Shown one piece after another: positions 37,116 to 45,261 of a stretch of 64,000 bases of DNA (positions are counted from its first letter, which is position 1; each line of letters opens with the position of its first letter). The position numbers were made by a program, and so were the translations under genes. The DNA is from Dehalococcoidia bacterium (GTDB taxonomy: Bacteria; Chloroflexota; Dehalococcoidia; Lucifugimonadales; UBA3495). Location: NCBI GenBank assembly GCA_965237775.1, contig OZ250155.1, positions 17,084 to 81,083 of the forward strand, given 5' to 3'. The notes beneath the pieces are model-generated. The model did no database searches, was not told the origin of the DNA, and worked only from the letters and a program-made list of their open reading frames with translations.

Positions 37116-37845
37116 CGCGCAAACGCCGGATCACGTCCTCGGGCAATGTGTCTCCAGGTTGCCGGTGAATGGCTCCCCTAGCCTTTCGGTACGACCCAGG
37201 AGCAACGTCCTCAAGGACCTCCACGTCTAAAAGGTGTCTGACAGCGACAGGGCGAAACGAATGGGGGTCCCGACTAACGGTTCCACTTACTCTTGCCCTT
37301 CGGTCCCATGCTTCGAACATCAGGTCTTCCTGACCCGGCTGAAGGTAGCAAGGGACCGCTTGGTCGTGGATAGAGTCGAATATTACGAAACGAAGACTCC
37401 CTCTGTTGCTCAGGGTTTGAACACGCCCTGTCACGGCGCCGATGCTAACCGAGAGTCGAAGACGTGCTGGGGTTACCCCGTTGGACGAGACGGTGTAATC
37501 ACGCTCCGCAACTTGAAGCATAACGTATTCGATTGAACCCGCTAACCTCCTGATCTCTTGGGCAGACCTATTGACATCCGGGCTAAAGTCCAAGGGGCGT
37601 TGCTGTTCGAGGGCTTCACCAACGGCGCCATAGTTGGCGACCACGGCGTCCACATCGCCTATGTCTTCGGCTTCGCCTCTGAGCGTGGCCGTCGCGCTTC
37701 CGACTTGAAGGTCTTGGACAACCCACTTCACCTGCTTGTCACTACTAAGGTCACGGACCAAATTGCGAAACAACCGAATCCCTCGGAGGAATTCGGAGAC
37801 TTCTAATTCACCACCTAGCACGATTGTGACAGTGTCGTCGGCCAT
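37108..37845 (-). CDS. 245-aa protein of unknown family, translationally coupled upstream partner of the PIN gene
   Basis: The overlap ATGCCTAG spans 37108-37115. The protein has an OB-like segment (GAVTGRVQTLSNRGSLRFVIFDS...ARVSGTVSRD) and a C-terminal tail (TLPEDVIRRLRDA). I recognised no HTH, RHH or AbrB motif. Confidence 0.6.
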   Translation of the reverse strand: MADDTVTIVLGGELEVSEFLRGIRLFRNLVRDLSSDKQVKWVVQDLQVGSATATLRGEAEDIGDVDAVVANYGAVGEALEQQRPLDFSPDVNRSAQEIRRLAGSIEYVMLQVAERDYTVSSNGVTPARLRLSVSIGAVTGRVQTLSNRGSLRFVIFDSIHDQAVPCYLQPGQEDLMFEAWDRRARVSGTVSRDPHSFRPVAVRHLLDVEVLEDVAPGSYRKARGAIHRQPGDTLPEDVIRRLRDA

Positions 37846-38048
37846 TATGCTAACCTGAAATCAGCAGCTTCCAGCAGCTTGTTGGACTATAAGAGCGCTC
37901 GGAATGCCTGTCAACGCAGACACATCTAGGTAGATTTCATTATCCCATCACACCGAGGGCGACATAATGCAGCTCGACCTTCGGTGCGACAAAGTGGAGT
38001 TTGTCAGGGAGACCGTTGGTTTCGCTAGCCGAATGGGAATCACCCCAT

Positions 38049-38357
38049 CTACCGGTTGTTCCCCGCCTTCTTGTTCCCGGGCGACTTCCCCTTCTTAGGC
38101 GGCTTCGTGACTAGTGGCTCCGTCTGCACCGGCGGCTCCCAGTCATCGGTCTGGGCTTCAACTGATTCCTCCTCTTCCTCTCCACCGGGCAGCAGGTCCT
38201 GGAACTCATCGCTACAGAAGTCGCAGTCGGCGGAGCTCAAAAGGCGGTCCTGGGGGTCCTCGGGGCTGTCGCAGGGGATTTCGCCGCCGCAGGAGATGCA
38301 CTGGTGAGCGTGGGTGGTTTCGCTCCGGTACAGCAAGGCTCTCTGAACTGGTTCCAT
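38049..38357 (-). CDS. Small zinc-ribbon protein with an acidic middle and a lysine-rich tail
   Basis: From the ATG at 38357 it reads MEPVQRALLYRSETTHAHQCISCGG...CDFCSD (two CxxC pairs), then GGEEEEES and KPPKKGKSPGNKKAGNNR. Confidence 0.5.
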   Translation of the reverse strand: MEPVQRALLYRSETTHAHQCISCGGEIPCDSPEDPQDRLLSSADCDFCSDEFQDLLPGGEEEEESVEAQTDDWEPPVQTEPLVTKPPKKGKSPGNKKAGNNR

Positions 38358-38532
38358 TGACCAACTCTGTTTAACCCTAGTGTATTCGCGGAGGTAGGGA
38401 AACGAAATCGGCAAGTGTCAGTGGGGGAGCCTAAAACGGAAAGGCCCAGGCCGAAACCCGGGCGAAATACCGTGCCGGTGCGACCACACCGGCGACCCTC
38501 ACCGACAAATGTCTCACTTCACAGTTTAAGGC

Positions 38533-38643
38533 AAAAATGACGGGAAATTAACAATCGAAACGTTGTCAATTTTATTGTCATTTTTTGCATACCAATGTTT
38601 TTGTCATTTTGTGCACCCTTTTGTTACCTATGCCTGTTATAAT
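38533..38643 (+). promoter_or_regulatory. AT-rich promoter/operator region with repeated TTGTCA(T/A)TTT boxes upstream of 38670..40363
   Basis: Boxes lie at 38563-38573 (ttgtcaatttt), 38575-38586 (ttgtcatttttt) and 38601-10 (ttgtcatttt). An inverted aaaaatgac lies at 38533-38541. TATAAT lies at 38638-38643, and GAGGTG precedes the ATG at 38670. Confidence 0.45.
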
Positions 38644-38669
38644 GCCATAACCAACTGAAGAGGTGCATC

Positions 38670-39254
38670 ATGGAAGAGCATCTTATAACTTTGCCAAGGG
38701 CCCAGAACCTTCTTGCCTCGAAAATCCCCTCCTTTGTGAGTGCTTTGGGGATGACCATGAAGACTTGGACTGCTAGCCCTCCTGTGTTCCACCAACTTTT
38801 GGATGAGTCTGCCAGGGCGACAGTCATGCACCGATTTTGGTATGGTTTCGTAGAACAAAATCTGCGGCAGGACTCAGATGTCGAGTTTAAGTCCTCCCTC
38901 GGTCAGCGATTTTTGGTGGTCTCCGGAAAGGTTGTGGTGAGGTTTAAACTCGTTGACCGGTATTATCTGTCCAAGAATTATCCGACCAAACGATCGTTGG
39001 CATGGAAGCGCCAGGACCACCTGCGGGGTATTCCCCCGGCGAGTAGGGTGGAGTTCGGTTACATTCCTGATATAACCGGCACGGTCCTTGTTCGGGCTTG
39101 TATGCTCTTGCGTTTGGGCAACGATATCCTCTGGGTCTGGCAGGTGTTGGGTGAGAGAGACAATTCTTTCTTCTCGGCCACCCCTGTGGAGGGCACTGAT
39201 CTGTTTGACCGACAAGTTTTCGCTTACGACGATTATTCGGCGTCCTTGGTGTAA
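38670..39254 (+). CDS. Hypothetical 194-aa protein, first gene of a two-gene unit with the XRE-ImmA fusion
   Basis: The ORF has a good RBS. Its stop lies 2 nt before the next start. I recognised no motif. Confidence 0.55.
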   Translation: MEEHLITLPRAQNLLASKIPSFVSALGMTMKTWTASPPVFHQLLDESARATVMHRFWYGFVEQNLRQDSDVEFKSSLGQRFLVVSGKVVVRFKLVDRYYLSKNYPTKRSLAWKRQDHLRGIPPASRVEFGYIPDITGTVLVRACMLLRLGNDILWVWQVLGERDNSFFSATPVEGTDLFDRQVFAYDDYSASLV

Positions 39255-39256
39255 AC

Positions 39257-40363
39257 GTGATGACGAGCCGTAATGCTGTGAATCCTGAAATGATTCGGTT
39301 GGCCCGATTGTCTCGCGGCAAGTCCCAAGCTCAACTTGCCTCGTTGATTGGTGTTCCTTCATCTGAGGTATCCCGGTTCGAATCCGGGATTAGGGCCGTT
39401 ACCGATTCCTTGATGTTGAGGATTGTGGGCGCTTTGGGATATCCCATCAGTTTCTTTACGAGATATCCTCGTTTGGAAGGGCCTGGAGCGGACGTGACAT
39501 TCCACAGGAAACGAAAGAGCGTTAGCAATACCAGGTTGAATCAAATTTACGCTTTGGCGGACATCCGCCGTCTGGAGTTGGAGAAACTCTTAGAATTTTG
39601 CCCTCAAGAGGTGACAGTTCCTGATTATCCAGTTGATCTATTTGATGACGATCCTACGAAGATTGCCCGCTCTGTCCGAGCGGCAATGAGGGTTCCGCCT
39701 GGTCCTATCTTCAATGTGACCAAGATTCTTGAGCAAGTTGGCTGTGTGGTTGTGACTCACGATTTTGGCACACGTCAGGTTGATGGTTTCAGCCGGCGGC
39801 CCTTGATGGGTCCGCCCTTTTTTCACATGAATGCTGGGCTTCCGCCGGACCGATGGCGTTGGACTCTGGCTCACGAGTTGGGTCATGTGGTGATGCACCC
39901 GGACCCTTTGGTGTCTCCAAAGGTAGTTGAGCAGCAGGCAGACCAGTTTGCCGGGGAATTCTTAGCGCCGGCGGCAGAGTTGCAGCCCGTGCTGTTTAAC
40001 CTGAGTTTCCAACGGTTGGCTGGTTTGAAACTTGAGTGGAAGATTTCCATGCAGGCGTTGGTAATGCGGGCATACCAGTTGGGGACAATCACTGACCGTC
40101 AACGTGTCAGTATGTTCTCTCGGTTATCGAAAGCAGGATACAGAGTTCGGGAACCTTCGACTTTGGACCCTCCCCTGGAGCCACCGGAGCGCCTTTTTCA
40201 ATTGTCCAAGTTGTATATGTCGCGGCTTGGGTATAGCCGTTCGGAACTCATGGATTTCCTTGCTATCGGTGATCTGGACTTCCAAGTTTACTACCATGAT
40301 CCGAGGGATGTTCTCCCAGGGTTGGAAAGCGACGATGAGTGGTCTATTCCCGGAGTCGGCTAG
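39257..40363 (+). CDS. Fused XRE-family HTH and ImmA/IrrE-family (DUF955) zinc metallopeptidase
   Basis: The N-terminal HTH reads IRLARLSRGKSQAQLASLIGVPSSEVSRFESG. The HEXXH site reads RWTLAHELGHVVMH, followed by ADQFAGEFLAP. Confidence 0.85.
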   Translation: MMTSRNAVNPEMIRLARLSRGKSQAQLASLIGVPSSEVSRFESGIRAVTDSLMLRIVGALGYPISFFTRYPRLEGPGADVTFHRKRKSVSNTRLNQIYALADIRRLELEKLLEFCPQEVTVPDYPVDLFDDDPTKIARSVRAAMRVPPGPIFNVTKILEQVGCVVVTHDFGTRQVDGFSRRPLMGPPFFHMNAGLPPDRWRWTLAHELGHVVMHPDPLVSPKVVEQQADQFAGEFLAPAAELQPVLFNLSFQRLAGLKLEWKISMQALVMRAYQLGTITDRQRVSMFSRLSKAGYRVREPSTLDPPLEPPERLFQLSKLYMSRLGYSRSELMDFLAIGDLDFQVYYHDPRDVLPGLESDDEWSIPGVG

Positions 40364-40623
40364 GCCGTTGTCTGGACCAAAATAATTGGACGACATCATC
40401 TAGGGAAAGTGGACTACAAGAAACCCAACTCCCCCGGCAGCGGGAGCATCGCCCCGGCGCCAATGAACGCCCCGGCGATGAACTCGCCCCACTGGATGAA
40501 ACTCCAGTCCTGAATCCGGGACGCCGTGTACCAAGGCGCTGAGAACGGACCCGGGGGCTCAGTCGGTGCTCCAGCCGTCCGTGAGCGTCAGAGAGTGTGT
40601 AGGTTTGCAAGGGTTCCTCCTCC

Positions 40624-40899
40624 CTACCAGGCCCCGAACAGCCGCCCCAGGCTCCAGCTACCCCCGCTGGCCGCGCTGAGGATGCCGACGAGCCAGGGAA
40701 GCGACAAGAACCCGGCGAACTTAACGCGCTTGTTCCGCACCGAGACGGTGATCCCGCCGTTGGCGTTCTCCAAGTAGACTTCCAACTTGGCCACCTGGAC
40801 CGTTAGCTTCTGCAGCGTCTCCGCGATCTCCTTGCGCTCCTCCCGTTCCTGCTGGGAAAGCTGCTCCAGGGCTGCTACCCGTTCATCTAGTGTGGTCAT
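40624..40899 (-). CDS. Small coiled-coil protein with a C-terminal TM helix (holin-like or lysis-associated candidate)
   Basis: The 91-aa ORF reads LDERVAALEQLSQQEREERKEIAETLQKLTVQVAKLEVYLE, then FAGFLSLPWLVGILSAA. It is the last gene of the tail operon. Confidence 0.45.
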   Translation of the reverse strand: MTTLDERVAALEQLSQQEREERKEIAETLQKLTVQVAKLEVYLENANGGITVSVRNKRVKFAGFLSLPWLVGILSAASGGSWSLGRLFGAW

Positions 40900-40903
40900 T
40901 GGC

Positions 40904-41425
40904 CTAGACTTGCCAGCCTTCGAATTTGAACGTGCCCAGAGCTAGGGTTTGTTCTGCATCGCTGTGGTTCCAGGCGGCAAATCGAACCAGCACGACGGTG
41001 AGGCCATCTTTGTCAAAGTCAAGGTCGGAAACACCTCCTCTCACAGCCGATGTTTCGTGATTTGCATTTGATACCCAACTGGCGTCAGACATTTGAAATG
41101 CGACTTCGCACACCACATCGTTCTGTTTCGCTGGCAGCTCCCACGACGTTGGGATGATGGAGTGGTAGCCATTAGCAAGGGAGAAATCTGCAAGCAAGTG
41201 CCAGCCCGATGCGTAGGTAATGGAGGCCGGTGTAAGCTCCTTGTGGAAGTTGGCTGCCAAGCCTTGAGTGGCCGTCACTAAGTAACCGCCGCTGGACTGC
41301 ACTCCGTCTGCCAGGAGCGATGCCATCTTCCGGTTGCGCGTGCCCCACTGGTCCTGCCAGCGTTCTATGCGTTTCACCCGGGCCGCCAGTTCAGCGAATT
41401 GGTCCACGAAGTCTCTTTCACGCAT
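40904..41425 (-). CDS. Phage tail-module protein of unknown function (173 aa)
   Basis: The call rests on position downstream of the distal-tail-like gene, with a 1-nt start/stop overlap at 41425. I recognised no motif. Confidence 0.4.
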   Translation of the reverse strand: MRERDFVDQFAELAARVKRIERWQDQWGTRNRKMASLLADGVQSSGGYLVTATQGLAANFHKELTPASITYASGWHLLADFSLANGYHSIIPTSWELPAKQNDVVCEVAFQMSDASWVSNANHETSAVRGGVSDLDFDKDGLTVVLVRFAAWNHSDAEQTLALGTFKFEGWQV

Positions 41426-42363
41426 TAGGTCACTCTGAAGTAAGCGGCATCGTTGTGCTCAACAAAATTCCCATATCGTTGGGCTACCCCCTGGCTCACC
41501 AGTTCCTCGACCTCCATCAAGACCCAGGGGACTCCGGCATCCCCGTTGTTGACCCCAATCGTAGGCAGGTAAATCGAAACCTTGTCTCCAGGTTCAATGA
41601 CCCAATCAACTATGCGGAACCGTCCTTCCCAGAGGTCGAACTTTCGTTGCTCCAGGATCGACACTCCTACCGTCCCGAGCGCCACGAGGTCAATAACATC
41701 ATTCTCCTTGGTTACTAAATCCCTCACACCATAGGCAGACTGGGAATTCGAGTCTTCAGAGGTGACGCGGACCGGCCAATTCGCGCTAACCGATGGGTTG
41801 TCATCTCCAACAACGGTGATCCTGTTTCTGGGGTCAACCTTCGGCTGGATCCCGAAGGGAATGCCGATGTCGTTCTCGGTAATGGTCACTGCCGCAGTGC
41901 GGTCGGTGTGGCCTCGCGGTTGTACGAATAGTTTTTTCTGAATGCCGTTGTTATTAGCGCCGTTGTGCCCGACCCACCAGGTCCAGTCTGGCAAGAAGCG
42001 GTGGACGATTTCATTGGTCAAGTTCGCTAGTGTGTCGAAACCGGGGCTGAACCTCTCTGGGTGGGTCAAATCATGGTCGACTACTCCACCGCTGTCAGTG
42101 TCTACCTCGCCCCAATGGATGAACCAATAGCCCTTGAGGGCATCGGTGTATTTTGTGCCCTCGGTCGAATAGAAGGGGAGAGTCCCTTTCCATGATGCTC
42201 CGTGAGATAGGTCAACTACTCTCGGGTATATGTTGAAACTGCCCGGAGCTTCAACCTGTATTCTGGGGCGGTCTATGAATCCACCAAAAACCTTCCTGAT
42301 TCCGTCAACCGTGATGATAAGTTCGCATTCACGTCCTGTACGGATGAGATTGCGAAGAGACAC
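41425..42363 (-). CDS. Phage distal tail / baseplate-like protein (312-aa ORF; the true 5' end is probably at 42493 in another frame)
   Basis: The gene lies immediately after the tape measure gene. A 22-codon ORF (MAVTTLVRVHNGAAWQTVENNQ*) starts in a TAATG overlap with the tape measure stop at 42493 and is out of frame (+1) with the 312-aa ORF. Confidence 0.45.
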   Translation of the reverse strand: MSLRNLIRTGRECELIITVDGIRKVFGGFIDRPRIQVEAPGSFNIYPRVVDLSHGASWKGTLPFYSTEGTKYTDALKGYWFIHWGEVDTDSGGVVDHDLTHPERFSPGFDTLANLTNEIVHRFLPDWTWWVGHNGANNNGIQKKLFVQPRGHTDRTAAVTITENDIGIPFGIQPKVDPRNRITVVGDDNPSVSANWPVRVTSEDSNSQSAYGVRDLVTKENDVIDLVALGTVGVSILEQRKFDLWEGRFRIVDWVIEPGDKVSIYLPTIGVNNGDAGVPWVLMEVEELVSQGVAQRYGNFVEHNDAAYFRVT

Positions 42364-42492
42364 GGAAGCATCATTTACCCTGAAGCTGGCCTCGCCAGAC
42401 CCGAGCCTTCGGCGAAGACGTATATCACTGGTTGTTCTCCACCGTCTGCCAGGCGGCGCCGTTGTGGACCCTCACCAACGTCGTCACAGCCA

Positions 42493-44172
42493 TTAGCGCA
42501 CCCCGTCCATCGAGCTACGGACTCGGTTGGCGATGGAGTCTATGTCTGACTCGTCACGAATCACCAGGCCGTGGAAGTGGTTGACCACAGTAATGCTTCT
42601 CCCTCCGGTGAGTGGGTTGCTCCCTGCCCCCAGCGGGATGATGGCCTCGTTGGGCATCACCGACACCAACCCGGCGCCCCGGGTAATCGCCCCCTGGTGG
42701 GCCGTGGGGATCTGGGTGGTCTGAGCGGCCCTTACCGGCTCGCCGGAGGCGATGGTTGGTATCTCCCCGATGTTCACGCCGGGTATCGCATTCATCGCGC
42801 CAATCAGTTTGTTAATCAACCCGATGATGGGGTTGATGAAAAAGGCGGCTGTGTCCTTCACCTTGCCCCACAGTTCGCCCCAACCCCCGGCCATGTTCTT
42901 CAGGGCCAGCAGTATCCAACCGGCGGGGCCGAGGAACAGCAGCAACTTATCGAAGTTGGCCGCGATGAAGCCCACCACCGCGCTGAAGACCGTGCTGATG
43001 ACGTTCCACACCGTCTCCCAATTGGTGAGCAACAGCCCGAGGACCACGATCAGGATGCCAATACCAGAAGCCACCAAGACACCGCGTAGACTCACGGCCA
43101 GAAGCCGTGACGTAATCGCGGCTACCCTCTGTGACTTCGCAAGGGCCGTCAGACCCTGGACCGCGAGGCCCGCCCCCTGGACCAAGGCCCCAAGGCCGCT
43201 GGCGACAGGACCTGCGGCTAGGGCAAGGCCGAGCATTAGGATGGTTGCGGTCTTGAGCGGTCCGGGCAGGGCGTTGAACGCGCCCAGCATGGTCTCCAGG
43301 GCCGGTATCAGCGTCCTCAGCAAGTTGTCGGTGGTGTTGGATAGCTCCGCCTGCATCTGCTGAAGCCTCTCCGCCTCGTTCAGAGTCGCCAGGTCTGCCT
43401 CCGCCAACTTCTGACTACCTTCTTCCAGCACGGCGTTCAACACGATCTGAGACCGGGTGGCCTGGTCCATTTCTGCCGTGGCGACCCCCATCGTCTCGGC
43501 GTACTTGGCGAACAACTGCTCACTACGGATGGTGAAACCAGAACTAATCAGCGTCTCGGCGGAACCTTGGGCAATCGCTTGCGTCATCCTCTGGAAAGAC
43601 TCGTCCACGGCGCCGCCCAACTCCCGGGCTTGGAGCCGGGCCAACTGCCACAACTGCGTCATCTGGCCCATGTCCTTGCCAACACCCAGCGCCAACGACC
43701 GCGTGGTAGCGGCTTGGAGCGCGGTGTCGTCGATAATGCCGCCGGTAGCGTCGCGGATGGCCTTCATCATCTGGTCGGCGCTCAAGCCCACGTTGTCCGC
43801 GGTGCGGCGGAACTGGCTTTCCACCTGCAAGCTGGTGGCGATGTCGTTGAACTTGGCGAACGCCAACCCAGCCGCAGCCAGGGGAATCGTGACGCCGGTG
43901 GTGAGGGACTGGCCCGCCTGGGACATGGAACGGCCCGCAGTCCTCATGGACTGGCCCGCACTCTTCATCCCATCGGTGAGGGACCGCCGTATTCTCTGGC
44001 CCGCGGTCTCGGCGGCGCGGCCAGTGTCCTCGACCTGCCGCTCCGTCGATTCCAGGTCCCGGTTGAGCTGCTGTGTGGCGCGCTGGACCAACCGCTGCGC
44101 CTGCTGGAAGGCGCGGCTGATCTCATCCTTCCCCTCGATGGGGATTTCGAGTGCGAATTGGCGGCTGGTCAT
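42493..44172 (-). CDS. Phage tail tape measure protein
   Basis: The 559-aa ORF has an N-terminal coiled coil (RAFQQAQRLVQRATQQLNRDLESTERQVEDTGRAAE), Ala/Gly-rich hydrophobic segments (TATILMLGLALAAGPVASGLGALVQGAGLAVQGL), and the expected position after a chaperone-like gene. Confidence 0.85.
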   Translation of the reverse strand: MTSRQFALEIPIEGKDEISRAFQQAQRLVQRATQQLNRDLESTERQVEDTGRAAETAGQRIRRSLTDGMKSAGQSMRTAGRSMSQAGQSLTTGVTIPLAAAGLAFAKFNDIATSLQVESQFRRTADNVGLSADQMMKAIRDATGGIIDDTALQAATTRSLALGVGKDMGQMTQLWQLARLQARELGGAVDESFQRMTQAIAQGSAETLISSGFTIRSEQLFAKYAETMGVATAEMDQATRSQIVLNAVLEEGSQKLAEADLATLNEAERLQQMQAELSNTTDNLLRTLIPALETMLGAFNALPGPLKTATILMLGLALAAGPVASGLGALVQGAGLAVQGLTALAKSQRVAAITSRLLAVSLRGVLVASGIGILIVVLGLLLTNWETVWNVISTVFSAVVGFIAANFDKLLLFLGPAGWILLALKNMAGGWGELWGKVKDTAAFFINPIIGLINKLIGAMNAIPGVNIGEIPTIASGEPVRAAQTTQIPTAHQGAITRGAGLVSVMPNEAIIPLGAGSNPLTGGRSITVVNHFHGLVIRDESDIDSIANRVRSSMDGVR

Positions 44173-44474
44173 CGGTTACGCCTTAGCCTCTGGTACTGGC
44201 GCTCCGTCTCCTCGTGCTGGTACTCCAGTGCGTCCAGCAGAGCTTTACGCTGGAGCGGTGTCATCTCCGCCTGCGTCCTCGCGGGCGGTATCCCGGCCTG
44301 AGACATCAGAAGCATCCTCATGCCCGCCGTTCTGACCAACTCGCCCCATTCCCGCACCGTCTCGAAACGTGTCCTCTTGGTCCAGGATGCCGCTGATCCG
44401 TTGCACCACCCGGGCCAGGGCTTCCACCCAGGCGGCGGGCATCTGTCCCGCTTGCTCGTAGGTGCATTCCTCAC
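44169..44474 (-). CDS. Alternative-frame ORF overlapping the chaperone gene 3' end (possible frameshift extension, or a short separate gene)
   Basis: The C-terminal half (REWGELVRTAGMRMLLMSQAGIPPARTQAEMTPLQRKALLDALEYQHEETERQYQRL) looks protein-like. Its stop overlaps the tape measure ATG (ATGA at 44169-44172). It lies in the +1 frame relative to 44245..44748. Confidence 0.4.
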   Translation of the reverse strand: MRNAPTSKRDRCPPPGWKPWPGWCNGSAASWTKRTRFETVREWGELVRTAGMRMLLMSQAGIPPARTQAEMTPLQRKALLDALEYQHEETERQYQRLRRNR

Positions 44475-44748
44475 CTGAGTGGGAAAGGCCGAATTGGACC
44501 GTAATCACACGGGCCTGGTGCTGCTTCTCCAGCAACAGTGATATGTCCTCAACCACGGGCGTCGCATTGACCGCCGCGCCCTCGACCTGCAAGTCGGCGC
44601 GGATGCCCTGAAGTTTCATCTGCTCCACCCGGCCAGCTTCGGCGCTGCTGAGCGGCCTGACCAACACGTCCTTCGGACCGTTGTGGGCCGAAAGGTCAAC
44701 GGGCTCCAGGTGGTTAATGCCGTTCAACAGCGCTTCCAGTTGTCCCAT
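44245..44748 (-). CDS. Putative tail assembly chaperone
   Basis: This 167-aa ORF lies between the gp10-like gene (TAATG overlap at 44748) and the tape measure gene. Its last 50 residues or so are low-complexity and probably not native. Confidence 0.5.
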   Translation of the reverse strand: MGQLEALLNGINHLEPVDLSAHNGPKDVLVRPLSSAEAGRVEQMKLQGIRADLQVEGAAVNATPVVEDISLLLEKQHQARVITVQFGLSHSGEECTYEQAGQMPAAWVEALARVVQRISGILDQEDTFRDGAGMGRVGQNGGHEDASDVSGRDTAREDAGGDDTAPA

Positions 44749-45206
44749 TAGATTCGCACTCCTGCGTTTCTGATTGAGCGGACCAGTATCTCCCTGGAGC
44801 GTTGCATCGCTTTCTCCGCGCCCCGGCGGTGGAACCCTATGTTGCGCCGCTCTTTTGCCGTCGAGGGGACCCGGCGGGCGGGTATATTTGCTTTCTTGGC
44901 GAACACCGTCTTACCGCCCACCTGGAACCGGAGGGCCTTGGCGCGGCGGGGACGGATGGTGTGGGCGCGGATCGTACCGCCCTCTGCCACCATGCGGATG
45001 TACCGGACGTTGTTCCCCACCACGCCTTTGAGAGTCGAGGGAGTGAATTTAGCGGTCCACGCGGCCCTGGAGCGGCCTGTGTCCACCGGGTTCTCTTTCT
45101 GGACCTGCCGCTTGATCTCCAGGGTCAGGTCACGCAGGCCCCGCTCTGCACCCCGGCGGATCCGCCGCTCCAGGTATTTAAGGTTGCCTCGTTGTTTGAC
45201 CGGCAT
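44748..45206 (-). CDS. HK97 gp10-family phage neck/tail-completion protein
   Basis: The 152-aa ORF contains LEIKRQVQKENPVDTGRSRAAWTAKF...GNNVRYIRMVAEGG, which fits the gp10-family pattern (aPvdTG.lr.s...v.Ya..vE.G). Confidence 0.7.
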   Translation of the reverse strand: MPVKQRGNLKYLERRIRRGAERGLRDLTLEIKRQVQKENPVDTGRSRAAWTAKFTPSTLKGVVGNNVRYIRMVAEGGTIRAHTIRPRRAKALRFQVGGKTVFAKKANIPARRVPSTAKERRNIGFHRRGAEKAMQRSREILVRSIRNAGVRI

Positions 45207-45261
45207 CTAGCCATCCTCGGGGGTATTGGAGGATCGGGCTCTAGGGGGAACGGCGTCACCG

